Source: Actinomycetota bacterium (GTDB lineage Bacteria; Actinomycetota; Geothermincolia; Geothermincolales; RBG-13-55-18). Taken from it: a stretch of DNA of 64,000 nucleotides. The notes beneath the pieces were generated by a model that had not been told where the DNA came from, did not search any database, and saw nothing but the letters and a program-made list of their open reading frames with translations. The position numbers and the translations under genes were made by a program. The stretch is taken from the NCBI GenBank assembly GCA_014360645.1, contig JACIXD010000018.1, forward strand, positions 8,638 through 72,637, written 5' to 3'. Below, in pieces: positions 9,385 through 17,546 of this stretch (its first letter is position 1; every line of letters begins with the position of its first letter).

Positions 9385-9497
9385 CCCGCAAGATGATAAC
9401 ACGTCGCCCCGTTCCCCGCGGGGATGTCCGTCGCCATAACCGGAGCGTCCGTTCTTGGCCCGCAAGACGATAAAGCTTCGCCCCGTTCCCCGCGGGG
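9385..9497. repeat. About 38-bp imperfect direct repeat pair ending in the palindrome CCCCGCGGGG (period about 75)
   Basis: CCGCAAGA(T/C)GATAA..TCGCCCCGTTCCCCGCGGGG occurs twice in the divergent intergenic region between the GH13 and CoA-transferase genes. Coordinates of the first copy are +/-1. Confidence 0.8.
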
Positions 9498-9696
9498 CTG
9501 TTCCCTCCGGCCGCGCGGCGCGCGCCGGCCCCGCGGGACGGGAAAGGGCGCGCGGGAGGCAGCCCTCCGCCCCACCTGCACCTTTTCGCCGCCGCGGCGC
9601 GGGAGGATGCGGTCCCCACGTCCCGCCCTCATCCCGCGCCATCTGCTATATTGAGCTGAAAGGCGGCTTTCGACGCGGCAAGGGAGGGCGAGGCAC

Positions 9697-10854
9697 ATGG
9701 CCATGGCGCTGGAAGGCATCAAAGTCATCGACCTGAGCAGGCTTGCGCCCGGTCCGTACTGCGGCATGATCCTTGGGGATCTCGGCGCCGAGGTCATCCG
9801 CGTGGAGGCGATGGACCGGCGGGCGCGCGCCGAGGGGGTGCTGGGGCTGAGCGACGAGCTGGCGGAGATGCTGCGGGCCTTCAACCCCCAAGGGAGGAAC
9901 AAGCGGAGCATCGTGCTCGACCTGCGCAAGGAGGAGGGCAGGGAGGTATTCATGCGCCTGGCCCGGGAGGCGGACGTGATCATCGAGGAGTTCCGCCCCG
10001 GGGTGGTAAAGCGCCTGGGCATCGACTACCCGGCGGTGCGGGAGGTGAACCCCGGGGTGATCTACTGCTCCATCACCGGCTACGGACAGACGGGCCCCTA
10101 CGCGGGCCTGCCCGGCCACGACCTGAACTACCTCGCCATGGCCGGGGCGCTGGGGGTGATCAGGGACGAGCACGGCAAGCCCGTCTTCCCCTCCAACCTC
10201 CTCGCGGACATGGCCGCGGGCGGCATGCACGCCGCGCTGTGCGTCCTCGCCGCCCTGGTGGCGCGCTCCCTCCACGGCGTGGGACAGTACGTGGACTGCG
10301 CCATGACCGACGGGGTGGTGAGCCTGATGCACATGGAGCCCATCCTGCGCCACACCACCGGGCTGCGGGGCCTGCCCTATTACGGCGTGTACGAGACCGC
10401 GGACGGCAGGTGGTTCAGCGTGGGCAACGTAGAGCCCTGGCTGTGGGAGAACTTCTGCCGCGCCCTGGGGCGGGAGGACCTCATCCCCCTGCAGCGCGAC
10501 CCCGGCAGGCACGAGGAGCTCCGCGCGGAACTGCGCGAGATATTCCTGGGCAGGACGCGAGACGAGTGGTTCGCGTTCTTCAGGGACAAGGACGTCTGCG
10601 CCGCTCCCGTGCACGAGGTGGAGGAGGCGGAGAGGGATCCCCACCTGCGGGAGAGGGAGATGTTCGTGGAGTTCGACCATGAGAAATATGGCAAGATCAC
10701 CCAGGTGGGTATCTCCATGAAGCTCTCCGAGACCCCCGGCCGCGTGCGCTTCCTGGGATGTCCCCCGGGACTGCATACGGACGAGATCCTGGCGGAGCTG
10801 GGATACGGCGAGGAGGAGATAGGGCAGCTGCGCGAGAAGGGCACGGTGGCCTGA
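9697..10854 (+). CDS. Family III (CaiB/BaiF) CoA-transferase / alpha-methylacyl-CoA racemase-like
   Basis: N-terminal GIKVIDLSRLAPGPYCG and overall family III architecture. Confidence 0.9.
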   Translation: MAMALEGIKVIDLSRLAPGPYCGMILGDLGAEVIRVEAMDRRARAEGVLGLSDELAEMLRAFNPQGRNKRSIVLDLRKEEGREVFMRLAREADVIIEEFRPGVVKRLGIDYPAVREVNPGVIYCSITGYGQTGPYAGLPGHDLNYLAMAGALGVIRDEHGKPVFPSNLLADMAAGGMHAALCVLAALVARSLHGVGQYVDCAMTDGVVSLMHMEPILRHTTGLRGLPYYGVYETADGRWFSVGNVEPWLWENFCRALGREDLIPLQRDPGRHEELRAELREIFLGRTRDEWFAFFRDKDVCAAPVHEVEEAERDPHLREREMFVEFDHEKYGKITQVGISMKLSETPGRVRFLGCPPGLHTDEILAELGYGEEEIGQLREKGTVA

Positions 10855-10916
10855 GGCGAGTGCGGGACTCCCGGGAGCCTGGATCTAGCCGGGAGGAGAA
10901 AGAGAAGGGGGAAGGG

Positions 10917-11843
10917 ATGAAGAGGTTCGAGGGGATCTTCGCGGTCATGCTCACCGCCTACGACGACTACGGGAACATAGACCGCGAGGCGATGCGGGAG
11001 ATGACGGAGTACTTGGTGGAGTCCGGAGTGCACGGCCTGGTGGTGCTGGGGAGCAACGGCGAGAACCCCTACCTCACCCACCACCACCAGAAGGACGCCA
11101 TCGACACGGTGGTGAACGCATGCGAGGGGCGCGTGCCGGTGATCGTGGGCGTGAACAAGCGCGGCACCGAGCCCGCGGTGGACATGTCCACCTACGCGGA
11201 GGAGGCGGGGGCCGACGGCATCCTGCTGGCCCTGCACCGCTTCTACGATCTGGACGAGGACGCGGTCTTCTCCTTCTACGAGGAGGTATGCGGCAGTGTA
11301 GGCCTGCCGGTGCTCTTCTATAACTTCCCGTCCAACACCGGCCTCGCCCTTCCCCCCGAGAGCATCGCGCGCCTCGCGTTGATCGACAACCTGGTGGGGG
11401 CGAAGGAGACCGTCTTCGAGGTGGACGAGGTGAGGCGCCTGGTGGAGGCCACGGACGATGATTTCTGCGTCTTCACCGGCATGACCTTCAACCTGGCCGA
11501 GACCATGGCCGTGGGGGCGTGCGGAGCCATCTGTCCCCTCCCCAACTTCATCCCCCGCGTCACCCTGGACCTCTACGAGGCATGCAGGTCCGGGGACGGC
11601 GACAGGGTGGCCGAGCTGCAGAAGGCGGTCTACGCATTGGCTCCCCTGCTGGCGTCAACCCCCACTCCCCACGCCATGCAGAAGGAGGCCCTGCGCTTGC
11701 TCGGCCATCCCGTGAAGCCCCACGTCAAGGGGCCGCTGCCGCGCCTCACCTCCGATCAGGCCAGGCTGGTGCGGGAGACCCTGGAGAACGCAGGACTTAT
11801 GGGGTCAGCCCCGGACATGGGACATTCGAGGCGAGACCCCTAG
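10917..11843 (+). CDS. Dihydrodipicolinate synthase/N-acetylneuraminate lyase (DapA) family protein
   Basis: TIM-barrel DapA-family pattern (GLVVLGSNGE, FYNFP, K in GAKE). The last 15 codons are supplied by a dispersed 27-nt repeat. Confidence 0.85.
   Translation: MKRFEGIFAVMLTAYDDYGNIDREAMREMTEYLVESGVHGLVVLGSNGENPYLTHHHQKDAIDTVVNACEGRVPVIVGVNKRGTEPAVDMSTYAEEAGADGILLALHRFYDLDEDAVFSFYEEVCGSVGLPVLFYNFPSNTGLALPPESIARLALIDNLVGAKETVFEVDEVRRLVEATDDDFCVFTGMTFNLAETMAVGACGAICPLPNFIPRVTLDLYEACRSGDGDRVAELQKAVYALAPLLASTPTPHAMQKEALRLLGHPVKPHVKGPLPRLTSDQARLVRETLENAGLMGSAPDMGHSRRDP
11799..11825 (-). repeat. Copy of the 27-nt dispersed repeat ATGTCCCATGTCCGGGGCTGACCCCAT (reverse orientation)
   Basis: Exact reverse complement of the copies at 31994-32020 and 32059-32085. 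Confidence 0.95.
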
Positions 11844-11931
11844 GGCCTCTCCTTCGGGGAGAGCGAGCGCATGGAGCTCATGGAGGTCCTTCCGGCCGGG
11901 CGCCGGAGGGCATGAGGCAGGAGGATGGCAG

Positions 11932-12015
11932 GTGAAGACCTGGGGCCTCTCCTTCGGGGAGAGCGAGCGCATGGAGCTCATGGAGGTCCTTCCGGCCGGG
12001 CGCCGGAGGGCATGA
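11932..12015 (+). other. 27-codon decoy ORF created by the tandem unit (MKTWGLSFGESERMELMEVLPAGRRRA)
   Basis: GTG preceded by AGGAGGAtggcag. It shares its first 16 codons with ORF 12132 (one E-S/E-N difference). Confidence 0.3.
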
Positions 12016-12031
12016 GGCAGGAGGATGGCAG

Positions 12032-12115
12032 GTGAAGACCTGGGGCCTCTCCTTCGGGGAGAACGAGCGCATGGAGCTCATGGAGGTCCTTCCGGACGGA
12101 CGCCGGAGGGCATGA
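12032..12115 (+). other. Second 27-codon decoy ORF created by the tandem unit
   Basis: Same structure as 11932..12015, with PDGRRRA at the end. Confidence 0.3.
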
Positions 12116-12131
12116 GGCAGGAGGATGGCAG

Positions 12132-12356
12132 GTGAAGACCTGGGGCCTCTCCTTCGGGGAGAACGAGCGCATGGAGCTGGAGCGCATCGTGCTGGACGGG
12201 GACAGCGAGGCGGCGCTGCTCTTCCTGCGCAAGGTCATCTACCCGAAGGTGAAGGAGAGCGAGAAGCCGGGGAGTTGTTTCCACGATCCCTCGAAGCCGG
12301 TGGAGCAGCTTGAACGCCCGGTGGACAAGCATAAGAAACTGGGTGATTTCCGCTGA
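12132..12356 (+). CDS. Hypothetical small protein (74 aa)
   Basis: GTG start 6 nt after AGGAGGA. High-GC3 codons. No family recognised. Confidence 0.5.
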   Translation: MKTWGLSFGENERMELERIVLDGDSEAALLFLRKVIYPKVKESEKPGSCFHDPSKPVEQLERPVDKHKKLGDFR

Positions 12357-12549
12357 GGCGCACCTACTCCCATGGCCGGCCCACCTCCGCGCCCTGCGGA
12401 GCGGGACATCGCCTGGCGCCGCTCCACGGCGAGCCGGGTTCCCCGGAGCGGCCATGCCCCGAAGCCGGGCGTGCTCGCCCGCAGGGGCTCTCGGACTCTC
12501 GTCGGAGGCAACGAGCGTGAAGGGAAGGACGGGCTTGGGCGGCGACGGC

Positions 12550-13440
12550 ATGACCGGAAAGGGCGGCAAGACGTCCCCCGCGCTCCCCGCATCCCCCTCC
12601 CGCGGGAAACGGGGTCGGGAGGTCAGCGCCATCCGCCGCGGCCGGCGCCTGCCCCTCTTTCTGGCCCTCCTCCTCGCCGCCTCCCTCGCCGTTCCCGGCG
12701 GATGCTCCACGTCACCGGAACGGAGAGATGCCGAGACCACGGAGGTGCCCGTATATTCCTACGTGGTGGAGGCGGAATATCCCCATGACACCGGCGACTT
12801 CACCCAGGGGCTCTGCCTGGTGGACGGCGAGCTCTACGAGGGCACCGGGCTGTGGGGGAGGTCCCGCCTCACCAGGAGCGAGTTCCCGGGGGGAAGAGTC
12901 CTGGGCTCCGTCTCCCTCGCGCCAGAGTATTTCGGGGAGGGCGTAACGGTCATGGGGGACGAGGTGTTCCAGCTCACCTACACCTCTCACCTGTGCTTCG
13001 TGTACGACCGCGAGAGCCTGGAGCTCCGGCGCACCTTCTCCTATCCCACCGAGGGGTGGGGACTGACCCACGACGGGAAGTCGCTGATCATGAGCGACGG
13101 CAGCTCCACCCTCTATTACCTGGACCCGCGCAGCGGGGAGGAGCTGGACCGCGTCGAGGTCACTGACGCCGGCGGTCCGGTGGCGGACCTCAACGAGCTG
13201 GAATACGCCGCGGGCATGATATATGCCAATATATGGAAGACCGACCGCATCGCGGTGATCTCTCCCGAGAGCGGGGCGGTGAGGGCATGGATCGACCTCA
13301 CGGGCCTGAACCCGGAACCGGAGAGGCTCGTCTACCCCTACGTCCTCAACGGCATCGCCTACGACGAAGGGTCGGGCGGCCTGCTGGTGACCGGCAAATG
13401 CTGGCCGCGCCTCTACCTCGTATCCCTGCGCCGGGGATGA
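12550..13440 (+). CDS. Glutaminyl-peptide cyclotransferase (bacterial/plant beta-propeller type), secreted/lipoprotein
   Basis: Signal/lipobox-like LAVPGGCS. The motifs FTQGL..LYEGTG, YFGEG, EGWGLT, LNELE and IYANIW are typical of glutamine cyclotransferase. Confidence 0.85.
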   Translation: MTGKGGKTSPALPASPSRGKRGREVSAIRRGRRLPLFLALLLAASLAVPGGCSTSPERRDAETTEVPVYSYVVEAEYPHDTGDFTQGLCLVDGELYEGTGLWGRSRLTRSEFPGGRVLGSVSLAPEYFGEGVTVMGDEVFQLTYTSHLCFVYDRESLELRRTFSYPTEGWGLTHDGKSLIMSDGSSTLYYLDPRSGEELDRVEVTDAGGPVADLNELEYAAGMIYANIWKTDRIAVISPESGAVRAWIDLTGLNPEPERLVYPYVLNGIAYDEGSGGLLVTGKCWPRLYLVSLRRG

Positions 13441-13810
13441 CCCGCCATCCGCCGTCACATAGTATTGGCATATATTGCCTGATGTGGAAAGGACGGCACC
13501 CCCGCTCGATGTAGGGTGCTCTCAGTGGGCCCTTTGAAGTCCGACATGGACCGCGGGTCCTCCTCATCATCCCGGAACGAGACAGATGTCATGAGACCGG
13601 GGTTTTCCAGGTTCTTCTTCCCATCCGCCATCTTGCTCACCCCGGGCGGGCACGGGAAAGAGGGTGAGAGGTCGATAATGCCCGCGGCGGTTTTTGCGTT
13701 GTCCGCTTCTTTCCCTTACAATAAGCTGGATGCCCGCTTGAGGGGCATCTCCCCCGCGCCAGGGTGTCGTCACGCGGGGAAGGCCTTAGAAAGGAGCTGA
13801 AGGTCGCACG

Positions 13811-14083
13811 ATGAACATCTACGTAGGCAACCTGAGCTACGGTTCGACGGAGGAATCCCTGAGGAGCCTCTTCGAGTCGTACGGTACCGTCGACACGGTG
13901 AGCATCATCATGGACCGCAACACCGGACGTTCCCGCGGTTTCGGTTTCGTGGAGATGCCCAACGATGACGAGGCCAAGGCCGCGATAGCGGAATTGGACA
14001 ACCGGGAGTTCGAGGGCCGCCAGCTTAGGGTGAACGAAGCACGCCCCAAGCCGGAGCGCAGGTCTAACTACGAGAGCTGGTAG
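13811..14083 (+). CDS. RRM-type RNA-binding protein
   Basis: RNP-2 (IYVGNL) and RNP-1 (RGFGFVEM) motifs. AAAGGAG SD. TACAAT -10-like box about 90 nt upstream. Confidence 0.9.
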   Translation: MNIYVGNLSYGSTEESLRSLFESYGTVDTVSIIMDRNTGRSRGFGFVEMPNDDEAKAAIAELDNREFEGRQLRVNEARPKPERRSNYESW

Positions 14084-14289
14084 GATCAGTTCCGCAACCG
14101 AATAGGGGTTCCGGCCCCGCAGGCTCCGTGCCTTCTCCCGCTCAATCCTGAGCAAAGGATCGGAAGCGGCTTCATGCACGGGCCGCAAGCCTAAGCATAT
14201 CCAGGCAGGCGCCCGCGGTTTACGTTGCTCGCGCCATCAGGAAAGGCCATGCACGTATCACGCTTCGCGGTCAGCCCTTGGGCGCCCCT

Positions 14290-16893
14290 CTAGGGCGCGA
14301 ACCCCGCCACCACGTGCCCTCCGCTCACCCCGCCGCCGCAGTCGAAGTATATGGGGCGCTCGGCGAGGATGGGCCGGTCGGACACCACGCGGGCCGAGAG
14401 CTGGTAGCCTTCCCCGGCGTGCTCGTTGACGAATAACGTCTGCCTGGTGCCCGCCGGAAGGCGCAGGGTCCTATCCTCCAGCGGACCCTCCTCTTCCGTG
14501 AAGTAACGGATGAGCACCAGGGCCTCATCCACGCCCGGATTATAGATGCACAGCCAGGTGTGGAACGACTCCCCGGTGTACCCTTCCGCGAAAAACCATT
14601 CTCTTCCAGCTGCGGTGGCGCCCATCACGCAATCGCCGCCGTCCCAGTCGGCGCCGAAGCCGCGGTAGCGGAAGTACATGGGACGCTCGGCGAGGAAGAA
14701 GGAGGTGGAGACCAGTACCACGCTCACGTCCTTTTCCCGTCCCACCTCTCCCGGCACGAAAACGGTGAGGCGTTTGCCCGGCTGCACCACGTAGGATCTC
14801 TCTACGGGGTCGCCCTGGCCCTCCCCGAAGCGGAAGGACGCATATACGGTGATGATGCGGGGGTTGGGGTTCTGGAGGGTCAGCCATTCCTCGAAGCCCT
14901 CCCGCGTGGTGCCCTCGGCGAAATAATACAACTGCGCCAGCCGCGTGGCCCCCGGCACGCAGTGCCCGCCCTTCCACCCGTGGCCCGCGGTGCCGGCGTA
15001 ATCGAAATACACCGAGCGCTCCGCCACCACGGGGAGGTCCGAGGAGAGCTTCAGGGAGGCCTGGTAACCGCTTCCCAGGATGTCGTTGGCCTTGAAGCTG
15101 CGCCGCGAGCGAGGGGGCACGGAGAAGCCGTCCTTCACCACCTCGCCCTCCTCCTGGGTCTGGAAACGGAAGGTCAGGCCGGCCTCGCAGTCGCAGGGGT
15201 TGAGGACGCATATCCACTCCTCGAATCCGCTCCCCGTGTATCCCTCCGCGAAATACCACACCGTGGAGGGCGAGGGGACCCCCGCGGCGTCATGCCCCCC
15301 CGCGCGACCGCCCCCGTAACTGAAATACATGGGCCGTTCCCCCACCAGAAACCGGTCCGACTCGAGCACCGCGGAGACCTCGCGGTCCGTTCCCACATCG
15401 GCGTTGACGAAAAGGGTGACGCGGGACTCCGGCGGCACCGGCAGCAGCCTGGTGAGGCTGGAACCGTCGGGGAAGAGATAGGTGAGGGCGGCTCGCGCCG
15501 TCCGGGGGCCGGGGTTTCCCAGACAGAGGAACTCGCGGAAGCCCTCACCGGTATACCCCTCCGCGAAGTAAAGGACATGCGAGACACGCGCCCGCCACAC
15601 CTGGGCGCCCTGGAGATTGCTCGCCGCGGCCGTGAGCTCGCCCCCCTCTACCAGCAAAGCCTGCGCCGAGATGTTCCCTGCGTCCCCAAAGCCGCCGTCG
15701 CCCTCGAGATGCCAGGATGAGCCGTCGTAGCGCCACACCTCGCACCCCGACTCCTCGTTGTAGGTGCCAGCGAAGAGGTCCACGGCGCCGGCGGCCAGGG
15801 AGACGGCGGAGAGGTTCGCCCGGTCTCCGAATCCGTCCCCTCCCACCCTGGTCCAGTTGGCCCCGTCGAAGGACCACACCTGGCACCCGCTCCCCCCGGA
15901 GGAATCGTAGGTGCCCACGTACAGGCCCGCGTTGTAGACGGCCATGGAGGCCGCCCGGCGGTTATCCGGGTCCCCGAAGCCGGGCGCCGTGGGCGTGCCC
16001 GAGGGCCCGCCTCCCACCTCCTGGGTCCAGCGAGTCCCGTCGAAAGACCACACCTGACATCCCGAGGTGTAATCGTTGTTGTATGTCCCCGCGTAGAGGC
16101 TGCCGAAATAGACCGCCATGGCGGAGGCGCCCTGGTTGCCCGCATCACCGAACCCACCCTCCGCGACCCGCTTCCACTCCCTGCCGTCCCAGCTCCAGAC
16201 CTGGCAGCCCCCGGCGTTGAAGGTGCCGGCGTACAGCCGCCCCGAGAAGACGGCCAGGCTCGGCACGTCGGTGTTGCCGGGATCCCCGAAGCCGGGCGCG
16301 GTGGGCGTGCCCGGGGGCCCGCCTCCCACCTCCTGGGTCCAAGACCTTCCGTCCCAAGACCAGATGCGGCATCCGGTATCCGGGTTTCTCACTCCCAGGT
16401 AAAGACGCGAGGAGAAGACGGCCATGCTCGATACGTTGTTGTTCCGGGGGTCCCCGAAGCCGGGCGCGGTGGGCGTGCCCGATGACCCACCTCCCACCTC
16501 CTGAGTCCAGGAGAGGCCGTCCCATGACCATACCTGGCAGCCCGAAGGGTTATAGGTGCCGCCATAGAGGCGGCCTCGGAAGGATGCCAGGGCGTGGATC
16601 TCCGAGTTGCCCGGCACCCCGAAGCCGGAGGCAGCCTTGCGCTCCCAGGAAGAGGAACTCGCGGAGTGGGTCCCTCCCGCATACGCCCCGGGACCTGCAG
16701 GACCCGCCATGCGCTCCCGTGAACAAGGAGGGGCGGAGAGAGAGATGCCGGGCGAGGGCGGGCACCTGAAGGAGGCGAGAAGTAGCGCTCCCATGATTAC
16801 GATGGCCGCTCCGGACACACTTCCCCGGCGATACACGCCACCCCTCGGGCCTGCCTTTCCGGGATTCACCCCCCTAAGGGCACTCATGGCCAT
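14290..16893 (-). CDS. Large secreted/membrane-anchored repeat protein: about 7 Cys-containing propeller-like blades plus 4 C-terminal YFAEG(Y/T)TG..F.EW(L/I)..NP modules
   Basis: N-terminal TM/signal segment (AAIVIMGALLLASF). About 50-aa repeats GFGDxxN..SMAV(F/Y)..LY.GT.N..GCQVWS(W/F)DG..W. The four C-terminal modules resemble actinobacterial DUF5719-type repeats (from memory). GAAGGAG lies before the ATG at 16893. Confidence 0.8.
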   Translation of the reverse strand: MAMSALRGVNPGKAGPRGGVYRRGSVSGAAIVIMGALLLASFRCPPSPGISLSAPPCSRERMAGPAGPGAYAGGTHSASSSSWERKAASGFGVPGNSEIHALASFRGRLYGGTYNPSGCQVWSWDGLSWTQEVGGGSSGTPTAPGFGDPRNNNVSSMAVFSSRLYLGVRNPDTGCRIWSWDGRSWTQEVGGGPPGTPTAPGFGDPGNTDVPSLAVFSGRLYAGTFNAGGCQVWSWDGREWKRVAEGGFGDAGNQGASAMAVYFGSLYAGTYNNDYTSGCQVWSFDGTRWTQEVGGGPSGTPTAPGFGDPDNRRAASMAVYNAGLYVGTYDSSGGSGCQVWSFDGANWTRVGGDGFGDRANLSAVSLAAGAVDLFAGTYNEESGCEVWRYDGSSWHLEGDGGFGDAGNISAQALLVEGGELTAAASNLQGAQVWRARVSHVLYFAEGYTGEGFREFLCLGNPGPRTARAALTYLFPDGSSLTRLLPVPPESRVTLFVNADVGTDREVSAVLESDRFLVGERPMYFSYGGGRAGGHDAAGVPSPSTVWYFAEGYTGSGFEEWICVLNPCDCEAGLTFRFQTQEEGEVVKDGFSVPPRSRRSFKANDILGSGYQASLKLSSDLPVVAERSVYFDYAGTAGHGWKGGHCVPGATRLAQLYYFAEGTTREGFEEWLTLQNPNPRIITVYASFRFGEGQGDPVERSYVVQPGKRLTVFVPGEVGREKDVSVVLVSTSFFLAERPMYFRYRGFGADWDGGDCVMGATAAGREWFFAEGYTGESFHTWLCIYNPGVDEALVLIRYFTEEEGPLEDRTLRLPAGTRQTLFVNEHAGEGYQLSARVVSDRPILAERPIYFDCGGGVSGGHVVAGFAP

Positions 16894-17112
16894 TCCGCTC
16901 CTTCTCTCCCGGACGCGATCGCGGATATCCTCCCGCAGAGGAGCCCTTTTGCGGGTGCACCCCTCCGCGCGTGCCGTTTCGCCATCTTTACGACCATCTC
17001 CCTCCTCTTCCACCGGCGGCACTCGCTCCTGGTTTAAGTATTCCAGCCCCGCTTCCCCTGCACCTTCAGATACGGGCGCGTCTCCATGAGCCTCCGCCCA
17101 CGGTTTTTCCAT

Positions 17113-17160
17113 TAGCCTTTTATGAGCCTTCTGCGAGCCTTCCTTGAGCCTTCTGCGAGC
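17113..17160. repeat. Phased 11-nt repeat, about 4.5 copies of (G/T)AGCCTT + 4 nt
   Basis: TAGCCTTttatGAGCCTTctgcGAGCCTTccttGAGCCTTctgcGAGC, located 220-270 nt upstream of the large repeat-protein gene start. Confidence 0.85.
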
Positions 17161-17546
17161 ACCCGGCCTCCCCGGCGTCGAGACCGGAGAGGGAAATCCC
17201 CTGCCGCCCCCCGTGAAAGATCGGAACCGGCACGGGATACGGGCCGACAGGCGGATGGCGGGCACCCAGGGACGCAGGCAGGAACCTCAACGCGGCGGCG
17301 CGGGCGGGCAACGGGTACGTGGGGGGCGCATACGGGTTTGGGGGGATTGAAACCGAGCCGGGGCGGCGTAGCGGGTGGACAGGGAAATGGTCTCCGGTCT
17401 CCGGCAAACCGCGCCATGACCGCTTATCGGGCCGCGGAAGTTGCCCGCAAACCCCTCCCGGGGGTTACCATATAGAGCATGAGGCCGGTCCGTACCAAGC
17501 GCATCGGCCGAGGCGGCGCAGGATCTTCGTCGTGGGGGATGATGAA

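Larger units (their letters stand above)
11841..12187 (+). repeat. Tandem repeat, 100-bp unit x about 3.5, near-perfect
   Basis: Units begin at 11841, 11941, 12041 and 12141. Copies 1 and 2 differ at 1 base, and copy 3 differs at 3 more. The last, partial unit is the 5' end of ORF 12132..12356. Confidence 0.95.

Noticed and set aside
9417-9423. The G-run at the 9420/9421 line break reads as 5 G to me. The three track ORFs crossing it (8652..9473+, 9130..9642-, 9308..9619-) translate as if it were 4 G.
   Set aside because: This is most likely my own reading or counting error rather than biology. Coordinates near here were derived from the track frames (e.g. the GH13 start at 9356) and may be off by 1.
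13455-13640. A 58-61-codon minus-strand ORF (MADGKKNLENPGLMTSVSFRDDEEDPRSMSD..) in the gap before the RRM gene.
   Set aside because: It has no recognisable family, a weak SD and mixed codon bias. I cannot support it from sequence alone. It may deserve a homology search.
14290-16893. The repeat-rich secreted protein as a diversity-generating-retroelement target.
   Set aside because: There is no reverse transcriptase, no template repeat and no adenine-specific variability pattern in the window.
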